Shown here one piece after another: positions 1 through 8,108 of a stretch of DNA of 20,000 bases. The DNA is taken from IMG/VR virus record IMGVR_UViG_3300044911_002384. One strand, 5' to 3'. A model generated the notes under the pieces. It saw only the letters and a list, made by a program, of their open reading frames with translations, did not search any database and was not told the DNA's origin. Source of the stretch: an uncultured virus (IMG/VR IMGVR_UViG_3300044911_002384). Its lineage: Duplodnaviria; Heunggongvirae; Uroviricota; Caudoviricetes. Each line of letters opens with the position of its first letter. Positions within the stretch are counted from its first letter, which is position 1. The position numbers and the translations under genes were made by a program.

Positions 1-1041
<1,041 letters not shown>

Positions 1042-1044
1042 TCT

Positions 1045-1052
1045 TATTTATC
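1045..1052 (-). promoter_or_regulatory. Putative phage late promoter (GATAAATA) upstream of dnaK
   Basis: Resembles T4 late promoter TATAAATA. The same motif recurs before 8 gene starts. Its TAA is the stop codon of the upstream gene. Confidence 0.55.
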
Positions 1053-1629
1053 TCTGATTTGCCAGAGGTTGTATTAAATTTCCATTAAATTGTGTACTGC
1101 TCCTTAATCTTTGAAAAACGTTCTGTACTCCCACTGCTTGGTTCCACGCATCTTCTAAAGCATGATGTTTAAGTACCGGCGGTCTTTTTGGGTCAATGCC
1201 CAAATCAAACAACGTTCTAGTATCCCTAACTTCCCAAAAACTCCAAGGGATTGCCTTATTAAGTTTTCTAAAAATATTTTCACAAATAACAGTGTCAAAA
1301 GCGGCACCATGACTCCAAACACGTTTAGCTCCCCAACAAAATTTATACAATTGATTAAAGGCTTCTCTTACATGAATCCTGTCTTCTGTACTAAATGCTT
1401 CTTCTTGTGCTTCTTTACTCTGCTTACTCCACCATTCTAGAGTATCATTTGAAACATCTAATTCTAATTCGTCGCAACTGTCTATGTCTACTTTGACATA
1501 AAATTTTTCACAACTAGGACTATCGAGTTCATTACTAAACGGATCAAATTTAACAGCTCCAATTGTCAATACTGCTGCATTAGGTGAGGTGGCAAGAGTC
1601 TCTAAATCTATCATTATATCAGATAGCAT
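1048..1629 (-). CDS. DEDDh 3'-5' exonuclease/exoribonuclease (Rv2179c-like)
   Basis: IMIDLETL (ExoI), WSHGAAFD (ExoII), RDTRT, HHALEDA (ExoIII) motifs. Confidence 0.85.
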   Translation of the reverse strand: MLSDIMIDLETLATSPNAAVLTIGAVKFDPFSNELDSPSCEKFYVKVDIDSCDELELDVSNDTLEWWSKQSKEAQEEAFSTEDRIHVREAFNQLYKFCWGAKRVWSHGAAFDTVICENIFRKLNKAIPWSFWEVRDTRTLFDLGIDPKRPPVLKHHALEDAWNQAVGVQNVFQRLRSSTQFNGNLIQPLANQR

Positions 1630-1648
1630 AAAATCTTTCTAAAATTAT

Positions 1649-1677
1649 ATTATACAAAAAAAATTAAATTAAAACAA
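1649..1677 (-). promoter_or_regulatory. Sigma70-type promoter TTGTTT-N17-TATAAT
   Basis: Perfect -10 at 1649-1654 and partial -35 at 1672-1677, about 20 nt upstream of the exonuclease ATG. The AT-rich context lowers specificity. Confidence 0.5.
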
Positions 1678-1893
1678 CTTTTTTGGCAATTGTTCTTTTT
1701 TTAATTTGTTTAAGAAACGAGCTCGACCTGCTGCTTTTTTACGTTTACGAGCTGTTGTTGGTTTTTCATAAAATTCTTTTTTTTGTAGAGTCTTTAATGT
1801 ACCAGCTTCCTCTACTTTGTTTTTTAATTTGCGTAAAGCTCTGTTTACATCGTCTCCATCTCTTAGCACTACTGTAGTTCCTTTTCTAGGCAT
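1669..1893 (-). CDS. rpsU: Phage-encoded ribosomal protein bS21
   Basis: V.LRDGDDVNRALRKLKNKVEEAG.L..L.KKEFYEKPTTARKRKKAA...LPKKLF is the bS21 signature. Start placed at ATG 1893 (GAGG 6 nt upstream); ATG 1899 is the alternative. Confidence 0.95.
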   Translation of the reverse strand: MPRKGTTVVLRDGDDVNRALRKLKNKVEEAGTLKTLQKKEFYEKPTTARKRKKAAGRARFLNKLKKEQLPKKLF

Positions 1894-2287
1894 CCTCATC
1901 CTCGTCGTCTTTATCTAGAACTTCTAAAACCCAATCTAAATTATACATTCTATTTCTGCTTATTAAACTCCACGGTGTGATTTCATCTGTGGTATAATAG
2001 TAAGCATTAGATTGTGTTAGAATTAAGGAAACAAATAGTTTAGTAAGATCGTCACAATTATCAATGTCTACAACAATCCTATCGACACTTTGGCTCACTG
2101 ACAATAACCAGTTGATATCCGATTCAGCATCATCAAACACATATACATTTACATCTTCTCCAATCTTACTTAGAGTAGCTTGAAATTGCAGTTTGATTTT
2201 AGTAGACGGTTTGACTAATAAGAATGATAAGTTCGAATTGTACAGTCTGTCAGGAGGTGTAATTAAGTTAATATTTGTTCCACTCAT
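1886..2287 (-). CDS. Hypothetical protein (133 aa)
   Basis: Intact ORF in the gene-dense strand, overlapping the bS21 start. Acidic C-terminus; no recognised motif. Confidence 0.8.
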   Translation of the reverse strand: MSGTNINLITPPDRLYNSNLSFLLVKPSTKIKLQFQATLSKIGEDVNVYVFDDAESDINWLLSVSQSVDRIVVDIDNCDDLTKLFVSLILTQSNAYYYTTDEITPWSLISRNRMYNLDWVLEVLDKDDEDEDA

Positions 2288-2291
2288 ATAA

Positions 2292-3890
2292 CTACTTATT
2301 CTTTTTTTCCTGAATCTTTTGCCACAATGAATCAGGGCTTTGTTCTGAATTTTGCTTGTAATTTAGATCATTAGATTCTTCAGTTTCCGCATCAAAATGT
2401 GCTACAGTTTCCCAAGGTAGTTTATCTATAAGGCCTCGTTCGTATAAAGAACGCTGACGCTTCAACGTATCGTGCGGATTAGATGCCTTCCATGCTCTAC
2501 GAGCATCTGTATCTGCTTCCTCGTCTTCCTCGTCTATTACTCGTTGTGCCCATGTTTCTTCATTTTCTAGAACAGGAACACTGTTAATTAGATCCTGATC
2601 TAACTTGGCTTGTCCTTCTAATGGACGTACCATTGGAAACGGATATGGCTTTTCATATTCATTTAGATCTGCGATATCACTTGGCATTTCTGAATGCTCA
2701 TCAACAGAGTCTTTAATTTGTTTGATTTGTTCTTCTGTTAAAGGACCGTCGTCTGGTTCGTAGTTATATCCATCTTCTTTTGGAATCTCTGATATCAGAC
2801 GATTAGCTTCTTCGATGTCTGCTTGATCGTCTTCGATATCTTGCAATTTAGCAATTACTCTTAGACGTTTAAAAAATTGCTCTGTTTCAGGATCGATTGT
2901 GCCATACAATCCATCGACTACATCACACTCTTTATTAGGACAAAAAGGACCAATTCCTGGGGCATCCATAACTTCTGTCCTGCACTTAGGACAATGCGTT
3001 ATTACTTCTTGGGGATCTCCGGTAGCCACCACAGGATTGGTTCCACCACTATCTCCCACCACATGTACACTATTAAGTTCGGCATCAGTATTAGCATCTT
3101 GTTCCTCCTTGACTCGTCTGAAGTATTGAAAACTGTATTGACTAGACAATAATAGAACAACTGCTAACGGATCAAAAATAACAACAATCAAAATTATGAC
3201 CCAACGAACTGCACGTTCTAAAACATTTTGATCCGGATTATCGCCATACAGTAAAGCCGCAATGTATTTAATCGGCCCTACTTCAGCCTCTACCTTGCGT
3301 AACTCGCTAGCTATTGGTGCCCGTTCTTGATTAAGAGCAGCGATTGTTTTTTGAGAACGTGCAATATCTGATTGCAGAGCAGTGCGTTCTTTGGCTTGAT
3401 TGCGACGAATTTGTACAGCACGTTCAGCACCACGTTCTGTATCGCTACGACCTAACATTTGATCAACTTGTGCATCCATTTGAGTCAATGCTCGTCTAGC
3501 CGCATCAATATTGTCACGTTCTGTTTTAATTTTCTCGTCTATAAGAGCGACTTTAGCAGCAACATCACCGGTAGGTACGGCCTGATCTAAATGTGCTTTC
3601 GACAAATAACCAAAAATTCCCATCGATGTAATTAACATCAAAATGGATACTGCTATAAGCAGGTAAGTTTTAATTAGTCTAGGAGCAATAAACCAATTCT
3701 GTTTCAACCAAACAGTGGCAACTAATTTACTAACTTCTAATACTATTCCCATAATGGCAATAGGTACAGCCGCGGCGGCAAAAATACTTATTAGGCCTGC
3801 GACAGAATACCAAACAGCCACAGCAGAAATGGCAAGTCCGCTGAATAGAGCAAACCATGCAATACTTTTATCAGCAAATGTAATTTTCAT
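2292..3890 (-). CDS. Membrane protein with coiled coil, possible Zn ribbon and acidic tail
   Basis: About 3 N-terminal hydrophobic helices, a coiled coil (KIKTERDNIDAARRALTQMD...), a further TM (WVIILIVVIFDPLAVVLLL), CPKC...CPNKEC, and an acidic C-terminal half. ATG 3890 preferred to TTG 3896. Confidence 0.8.
   Translation of the reverse strand: MKITFADKSIAWFALFSGLAISAVAVWYSVAGLISIFAAAAVPIAIMGIVLEVSKLVATVWLKQNWFIAPRLIKTYLLIAVSILMLITSMGIFGYLSKAHLDQAVPTGDVAAKVALIDEKIKTERDNIDAARRALTQMDAQVDQMLGRSDTERGAERAVQIRRNQAKERTALQSDIARSQKTIAALNQERAPIASELRKVEAEVGPIKYIAALLYGDNPDQNVLERAVRWVIILIVVIFDPLAVVLLLSSQYSFQYFRRVKEEQDANTDAELNSVHVVGDSGGTNPVVATGDPQEVITHCPKCRTEVMDAPGIGPFCPNKECDVVDGLYGTIDPETEQFFKRLRVIAKLQDIEDDQADIEEANRLISEIPKEDGYNYEPDDGPLTEEQIKQIKDSVDEHSEMPSDIADLNEYEKPYPFPMVRPLEGQAKLDQDLINSVPVLENEETWAQRVIDEEDEEADTDARRAWKASNPHDTLKRQRSLYERGLIDKLPWETVAHFDAETEESNDLNYKQNSEQSPDSLWQKIQEKKNK
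2293..2300 (-). promoter_or_regulatory. Putative late promoter (AATAAGTA), 5 nt before ATG 2287
   Basis: Variant of the recurring motif; no SD before the ATG. Confidence 0.4.
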
Positions 3891-3892
3891 AG

Positions 3893-4303
3893 TCAATATT
3901 TATCGATGAATTTCCATGTTTTAGTGCTGTTATAATAACATGCAGTATCTTCAAAACTTTTTTCGTCAGCACCTAGACGAACCCAACTGTGTACACGTCG
4001 ACAAATATTACCATTACCAGGATAGGTATAAACTACTCTAGCTTTGCCTTGAGCATCAGTTCGATCATTAAACCATTCTACTGACTCTCCATTTTCAAGA
4101 TTATTCAATGCATGATAAACTGCATGTGAGTGTAGATTTTGATCTTGTGGTTTTAATTTTGTACCAAAAAATTTAGAAAGGTTATATGCCATACCCAGTA
4201 AAGAATCATTACTCATCCAATGATTATTTACAGGTCCTTGCCAGCTTTGAGCATAGCTATTGGTACATACTAGGATGAGGCACAACTTCCCAAGTACCAT
4301 CAT
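3893..4303 (-). CDS. Exported protein with RT0821/Lpp0805 (17 kDa surface antigen)-like domain
   Basis: Signal-peptide-like MMVLGKLCLILVCTNSYA, then ALNNLENGESVEWFN...G...V..TYP...CR.......TAC......W. Start uncertain (4300/4303 versus 4324). Confidence 0.6.
   Translation of the reverse strand: MMVLGKLCLILVCTNSYAQSWQGPVNNHWMSNDSLLGMAYNLSKFFGTKLKPQDQNLHSHAVYHALNNLENGESVEWFNDRTDAQGKARVVYTYPGNGNICRRVHSWVRLGADEKSFEDTACYYNSTKTWKFIDKY
3897..3904 (-). promoter_or_regulatory. Putative late promoter (GATAAATA), 6 nt before ATG 3890
   Basis: Exact copy of the motif at 1045 and 18068. Confidence 0.55.
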
Positions 4304-4598
4304 ATTTCTTACATGCATAACCACGCCTTTCTACTGGTCGATTGTTTAATGTAATAAAGTATTTGTATTCTCCACAGTCTTGTGCCATACCACTTTGAGC
4401 ATGAAATAATCTATCAACTTTATTGTCGTTGCACTTCATTACTTCTACTGTTTGGCCATCAACAGTTTTACCGGATTTATCTTTAACAATACGTGTTTCA
4501 GTTTTTATGTCACAGTACTGATCAGGTATGTTAGCTCGAGGAGTATAGGTAGTACAGCCTGATAGAGCTATACTACCTATTAACAAATAGCGTATCAT
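4257..4598 (-). CDS. Putative lipoprotein
   Basis: Lipobox ALSGC after a short hydrophobic signal. C-terminal RGYACKKYDGTW resembles the end of the surface-antigen domain. Confidence 0.75.
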   Translation of the reverse strand: MIRYLLIGSIALSGCTTYTPRANIPDQYCDIKTETRIVKDKSGKTVDGQTVEVMKCNDNKVDRLFHAQSGMAQDCGEYKYFITLNNRPVERRGYACKKYDGTWEVVPHPSMYQ

Positions 4599-5209
4599 TA
4601 TTTGTTACGATTCTTAGTTTGGTTTAAAAGTTCACCAGCGACTTCGTTAACATTTTTGCCGGCATGCTTACGTTCACTACGTTCAACTCTGGCATCGTAT
4701 TCCTTAGCCATAGCTTCTACATCTTTCTTGGTAATTTTCATTAACACGAAAGCACGGTAGTGAGCAGTGTCTGGATTATACACAATCATTTTCTTATCTA
4801 CAGCATAAGTTCGAAGTACACTTTCTGCGATAAGATTAACAATTACGTCTTGACCTTGTTGAAATGCTTCTAGTTTTTCTGGCCCACCTTCTTCATCATA
4901 GATGATAGTAGTTCGATTGTTCATTTCTCCTGTAATGCGATCAAGAACTTTGGCCTTGGCTTTAAGCGTAGCTTTCTTTAGAGCCATTTCCATACTAGGA
5001 CTGACATCTTCTGCTACTGCATAGAGATATCCTTCTTTGTCCCAAAACTTCCAACCATCTTTAGATTCTTTACCTACATCAGAATGTTCTAAATACCAAT
5101 TAGGAACTTCACGTTTAGTTACATTTTCGGTACGTAATGGTTCCATACTGGTAGTGCCGCAAGCAGCAAGGATTGATGTTAACGAAACTACTACAAGAGC
5201 CTTTTTCAT
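4598..5209 (-). CDS. Lipoprotein, LPP20-like
   Basis: MKK + hydrophobic stretch + LAAC lipobox; VPNWY and YAVAEDVSPSMEMALKKATLKAKA are typical of LPP20-like proteins; AAAGG SD. Confidence 0.75.
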   Translation of the reverse strand: MKKALVVVSLTSILAACGTTSMEPLRTENVTKREVPNWYLEHSDVGKESKDGWKFWDKEGYLYAVAEDVSPSMEMALKKATLKAKAKVLDRITGEMNNRTTIIYDEEGGPEKLEAFQQGQDVIVNLIAESVLRTYAVDKKMIVYNPDTAHYRAFVLMKITKKDVEAMAKEYDARVERSERKHAGKNVNEVAGELLNQTKNRNK

Positions 5210-5233
5210 ATTTGCCTTTCAAAGTGTGTGTAT

Positions 5234-5273
5234 AAAAGAAAACCTCTACAGTACCAAGTATACTGCAGAGGTT
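5234..5273 (-). terminator. Rho-independent terminator after the hydrolase/membrane protein pair
   Basis: Minus-strand RNA AACCUCUGCAGUA-(7 nt loop)-UACUGUAGAGGUU, a 13 bp stem with one mismatch-free A-U/G-C run and a single G-U pair, followed by UUCUUUU. Confidence 0.75.
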
Positions 5274-5285
5274 GGTAAATGTCAA
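5257..5285 (-). promoter_or_regulatory. Sigma70-type promoter TTGACA-N17-TATACT for the lipoprotein operon
   Basis: -35 at 5280-5285 and -10 at 5257-5262 with a 17 bp spacer. Confidence 0.75.
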
Positions 5286-5295
5286 TGTATTTTGG

Positions 5296-5607
5296 TTATT
5301 TAAAAAATATCAGCATCATTAAGACACTTTGAACGATAAATCCGAAACCAATAGTTGCTACATTTAACATGTCTTTTACAATGACTGCTTTTAAAAATAG
5401 CAGCGTCAATGCGCCCCAAGTTAGCAGAACTAAATCTACACTGGGCAGTCTATCTGTTAAACTCATACTAACTGCTATCAAACTAGGGATAGTAGCAGCA
5501 TGTAACATAATATTGGCTAACCAAGCCATTGTTTCAGAACTAATAATGCCAATTTTTTTGGTTATAACAAATTTAGCATGTTCATATAAACGATTAAATC
5601 TTGACAT
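5296..5607 (-). CDS. Small membrane protein, about 3 TM helices (holin-like or PQ-loop/SemiSWEET-like)
   Basis: Three hydrophobic segments. Likely start MSRFN at 5607, overlapping the end of the hydrolase gene. Confidence 0.7.
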   Translation of the reverse strand: MSRFNRLYEHAKFVITKKIGIISSETMAWLANIMLHAATIPSLIAVSMSLTDRLPSVDLVLLTWGALTLLFLKAVIVKDMLNVATIGFGFIVQSVLMMLIFFK

Positions 5608-6169
5608 TTCGATCCCTATAAAAAATGTGATTACCAATTACGCCAATTCTTTCTTTGCCCCAATTTGGATTGACATATACAGCATGAAAGTACATGGCAT
5701 CTTTCATAGAACTTAATCTAAAGTTTTCTAAAAGAACTTTTTTAGCAACTTCATAACTTTCTTTATAAAGTTCAGGGTGCTTAATCCTTGGTCGGCCACC
5801 GTTTTCACAGTACCAACTAAATTGACAAACTACTTTTTCCATAAAAATAGTTTTTTGGTAAACTACTTGGCAAATATCGTTAGGAAAATTTGGATGCTTT
5901 GATCTATTCAAAGTTACCTGGGCCACTGCCACTTTTCCTTCAAACGACTCACTGCCTGATTCAAAATAAATGTTTCGAGCTAGACATTCTAGTTGACGCT
6001 CTCTATCTTTGAGAGCTACAAGTTCTCGATTTTTAGATTCGATTTTTGCTTGAGTAGCTAATTCAACTCTTTGATAATGGGCTATACGATTTTTAGTAAT
6101 AGCCTGTATTGCTGATCCTACTAAGAATACACCCAGCACGAGCATACCGATTCTTAGATATTTTTCCAT
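5594..6169 (-). CDS. Cell wall hydrolase, SleB/Hydrolase_2 family, with N-terminal TM/signal
   Basis: LECLARNIYFESGSES.EGKVAVAQVTLNR, CQFSW, YFHAVYVNPNW, IGNHIFY motifs; AGGAGG SD. Confidence 0.92.
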   Translation of the reverse strand: MEKYLRIGMLVLGVFLVGSAIQAITKNRIAHYQRVELATQAKIESKNRELVALKDRERQLECLARNIYFESGSESFEGKVAVAQVTLNRSKHPNFPNDICQVVYQKTIFMEKVVCQFSWYCENGGRPRIKHPELYKESYEVAKKVLLENFRLSSMKDAMYFHAVYVNPNWGKERIGVIGNHIFYRDRNVKI

Positions 6170-6193
6170 AGTTACATCCTCCTATTATATTAA

Positions 6194-6274
6194 TGTGTAT
6201 CGCTACACACCAGCAATCCAAAAAATATTAAAAATTGCTGTAGTTTGAAAAAATCAAAACGTTAAGTAGTTATC
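6194..6274 (-). promoter_or_regulatory. Putative late promoter (GATAACTA, 6267-6274) and three-hairpin 5' leader of the hydrolase
   Basis: Inverted repeats at 6243-6260, 6211-6240 (CAGCAAT/ATTGCTG) and 6194-6209 (UGUGUA-GCGA-UACACA, GNRA tetraloop). Confidence 0.5.
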
Positions 6275-6290
6275 AAAGTACATAGAATCA

Positions 6291-6680
6291 TTATCTACGC
6301 ATTTTGCTAATGTCTACTGCTTCTTCATCACTGAAGATAGGCACAGCATTACTTTTATGCATAGTGCCAATTCCTTTAACTTTAGTACCTGTGTAAACCT
6401 TTTGTTCAGGTTTAGTACAAGGGCCTCCAGTAAAAGGCAAACTAGGTATTTTGGGCTGATCCGAACCTCGATGAGCAACTTTTGGTGCCACATATACTGA
6501 TGCAGACATAGCACGGTTAGCTCGTTTTTTTTCAGCTTCAATGCCCCATTTTTTCTGTAATTCTTTCCAATCGTCTTCCAATTCTCTTGCCTTACGTGCC
6601 TCTTCGGAATTTCGAAATTTACGTTTGCCTTTTCGTTTGCCTGTAGTAGTTAGCCAAGGGCCTTCGAGATGCATAGTCAA
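6291..6680 (-). CDS. Conserved basic phage hypothetical protein
   Basis: C-terminal YTG..VKGIGTMHKSNAVP motif, recalled from T4-like phage hypotheticals. TTG 6680 is 7 nt after a GGAG SD; ATG 6674 is the alternative start. Confidence 0.8.
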   Translation of the reverse strand: MTMHLEGPWLTTTGKRKGKRKFRNSEEARKARELEDDWKELQKKWGIEAEKKRANRAMSASVYVAPKVAHRGSDQPKIPSLPFTGGPCTKPEQKVYTGTKVKGIGTMHKSNAVPIFSDEEAVDISKMRR

Positions 6681-6708
6681 AATCACTCTCCAAATCGTTA
6701 AAAATGCT

Positions 6709-6737
6709 ATTATACTAGACTTTTTGGTTTTTGTCTA
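6709..6737 (-). promoter_or_regulatory. Sigma70-type promoter TAGACA-N17-TATAAT
   Basis: -35 at 6732-6737 (includes the upstream gene's TAG) and -10 at 6709-6714. Overlapped by inverted repeat ACTAGAC/GTCTAGT. Confidence 0.75.
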
Positions 6738-7061
6738 GTCTCTAATAAAATCACGACTGACTTTATATAGCAAACTTTCGTGATCGAGATTTTGAAATTC
6801 TTCACCCAATTCATACAAATCATCTGAATAGTCTGGTTGATCGAACCCTAAAATTTCAAACAATTCTCTTTTGGTAAGCTTTTCGCCTCTCATATAGTTG
6901 ACCCAAACTATAGTCATTGTGTAGCACATAAACAACTGTGCATCATTGACGATACCATGATATTCGCACCATGATTCGGTTTGTTTTAAATAGTAATCAA
7001 AATCTTCTAACCTGTGTCTAATTTGGAATAACCAATTTTTGGTATCTTCTCTAGACCACAT
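6735..7061 (-). CDS. Hypothetical protein
   Basis: Likely start MWSREDTK at ATG 7061, 1 nt after the iscA stop. The longer 7124 start overlaps iscA. Confidence 0.75.
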   Translation of the reverse strand: MWSREDTKNWLFQIRHRLEDFDYYLKQTESWCEYHGIVNDAQLFMCYTMTIVWVNYMRGEKLTKRELFEILGFDQPDYSDDLYELGEEFQNLDHESLLYKVSRDFIRD

Positions 7062-7062
7062 T

Positions 7063-7383
7063 TCAAACTCTAAAAGATTCACCGCAACCGCATCGATCCT
7101 TTTCTTTGTTATTGATAAAGTCAAATCCTTCGTTAAGACCTTGACGTCGCCAATCCATGGTCATACCATCGATATATGGTAAGTCTTTTGGATTTACAAA
7201 GATAGTAACACCGTTGCTTTCGTATGTAATTTGATCTGTGTGTGGCGTGTCTACATATTCTAATTTATAGGCAAGTCCTGAACATCCGGTAGTTCTTACT
7301 CCTACCATTATTCCAAGACCGTGCCCTCGATTAGATAACTGCTGCTGTACTTTCTTGGCTGCTATTTCTGTTAATTGAATCAT
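7063..7383 (-). CDS. iscA: Iron-sulfur cluster assembly A-type carrier IscA
   Basis: I.LTE.AA, GVRTTGCSGLAY, GLNEGFDF.N, CGCGESF motifs. Confidence 0.96.
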   Translation of the reverse strand: MIQLTEIAAKKVQQQLSNRGHGLGIMVGVRTTGCSGLAYKLEYVDTPHTDQITYESNGVTIFVNPKDLPYIDGMTMDWRRQGLNEGFDFINNKEKDRCGCGESFRV

Positions 7384-7753
7384 GTTTTGATTTATAATCC
7401 GATAAAGCTGCTTTTATTGCATCTTCTGCAAGAATCGAACAGTGTATTTTGACAGGTGGTAATGCGAGCTCTTCGGCAATTTCCGAATTCTTGATGGCAT
7501 TCGCTTCATCAAGACTTTTACCTTTGAGCCATGTAGTAACAAGCGACGAACTTGCAATCGCTGAGCCGCAGCCATACGTCTTGAATTTGGCATCAGTGAT
7601 GATATTATCTTCTACTTTAATTTGTAATTGCAGAACATCTCCGCAAGCCGGTGCTCCTACTAATCCTGTTCCTACAGTAGGGTCGTTCTTATCAAGTTTG
7701 CCGACATTACGAGGATTCTCATAATGATCTATAACTTGATCAGAATATGACAT
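7331..7753 (-). CDS. iscU: Fe-S cluster scaffold IscU
   Basis: YSDQVIDHYENPRNVG, GAPACGDV, FKTYGCGSAIASSS, LPPVKIHCSILAEDAI motifs. Confidence 0.97.
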   Translation of the reverse strand: MSYSDQVIDHYENPRNVGKLDKNDPTVGTGLVGAPACGDVLQLQIKVEDNIITDAKFKTYGCGSAIASSSLVTTWLKGKSLDEANAIKNSEIAEELALPPVKIHCSILAEDAIKAALSDYKSKHDSINRNSSQESTAAVI

Positions 7754-7815
7754 TAGCGTTTTCTCCTACTTGCTGCCTTAGTTTTTGCTGCTCTTTTGCG
7801 TAGTTGCTTTCCCAT
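7753..7815 (-). CDS. Tiny basic peptide, 20 aa: MGKQLRKRAAKTKAASRRKR
   Basis: TAAGGAG SD 5 nt before the ATG. The stop overlaps the iscU start (TAATG). Fills the intergenic gap exactly. Below the ORF-track length cutoff. Confidence 0.7.
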   Translation of the reverse strand: MGKQLRKRAAKTKAASRRKR

Positions 7816-7824
7816 GACTTCTCC

Positions 7825-7896
7825 TTAGATTTTTCCTCTACGGCGTAGCACTCTACGTACCGCAGCTTTAGTTTTTGTCTTTGCTCTGTAACCCAT
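7825..7896 (-). CDS. Tiny basic peptide, 23 aa: MGYRAKTKTKAAVRRVLRRRGKI
   Basis: AGAGGA SD upstream. Its stop TAA is part of the next gene's SD. Shares KTKAA with the neighbouring peptide. Confidence 0.7.
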   Translation of the reverse strand: MGYRAKTKTKAAVRRVLRRRGKI

Positions 7897-7913
7897 AATT
7901 TTTCCTCTTTAAA

Positions 7914-8108
7914 TTATTTAGTTTTGGACTCTTTACGTTCGTTCTTAACTGCGGTAACATCATTTCTTGCTTCTTTACAGAATTTAGTCAATTCTTGAAG
8001 TCCTTTACGCACACGGGTTCCAGCACTGCCTACGCCCTTGTCGTAGAATTTTTCAAAATCACTTTCCATCGATTCTACTAATTTTACTAATTCTTGATAC
8101 TTACTCAT
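7914..8108 (-). CDS. Histone H1-like (Hc1 family) small protein
   Basis: DFEKFYDKG..SAGTRVRKGLQEL...CKE.R..V matches the short bacterial 'histone H1/Hc1' N-terminal domain; AAGGAG SD. Confidence 0.75.
   Translation of the reverse strand: MSKYQELVKLVESMESDFEKFYDKGVGSAGTRVRKGLQELTKFCKEARNDVTAVKNERKESKTK
7915..7922 (-). promoter_or_regulatory. Putative late promoter (ACTAAATA)
   Basis: Variant of the recurring motif at the end of the Hc1-like gene, 18 nt before ATG 7896. Confidence 0.45.
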
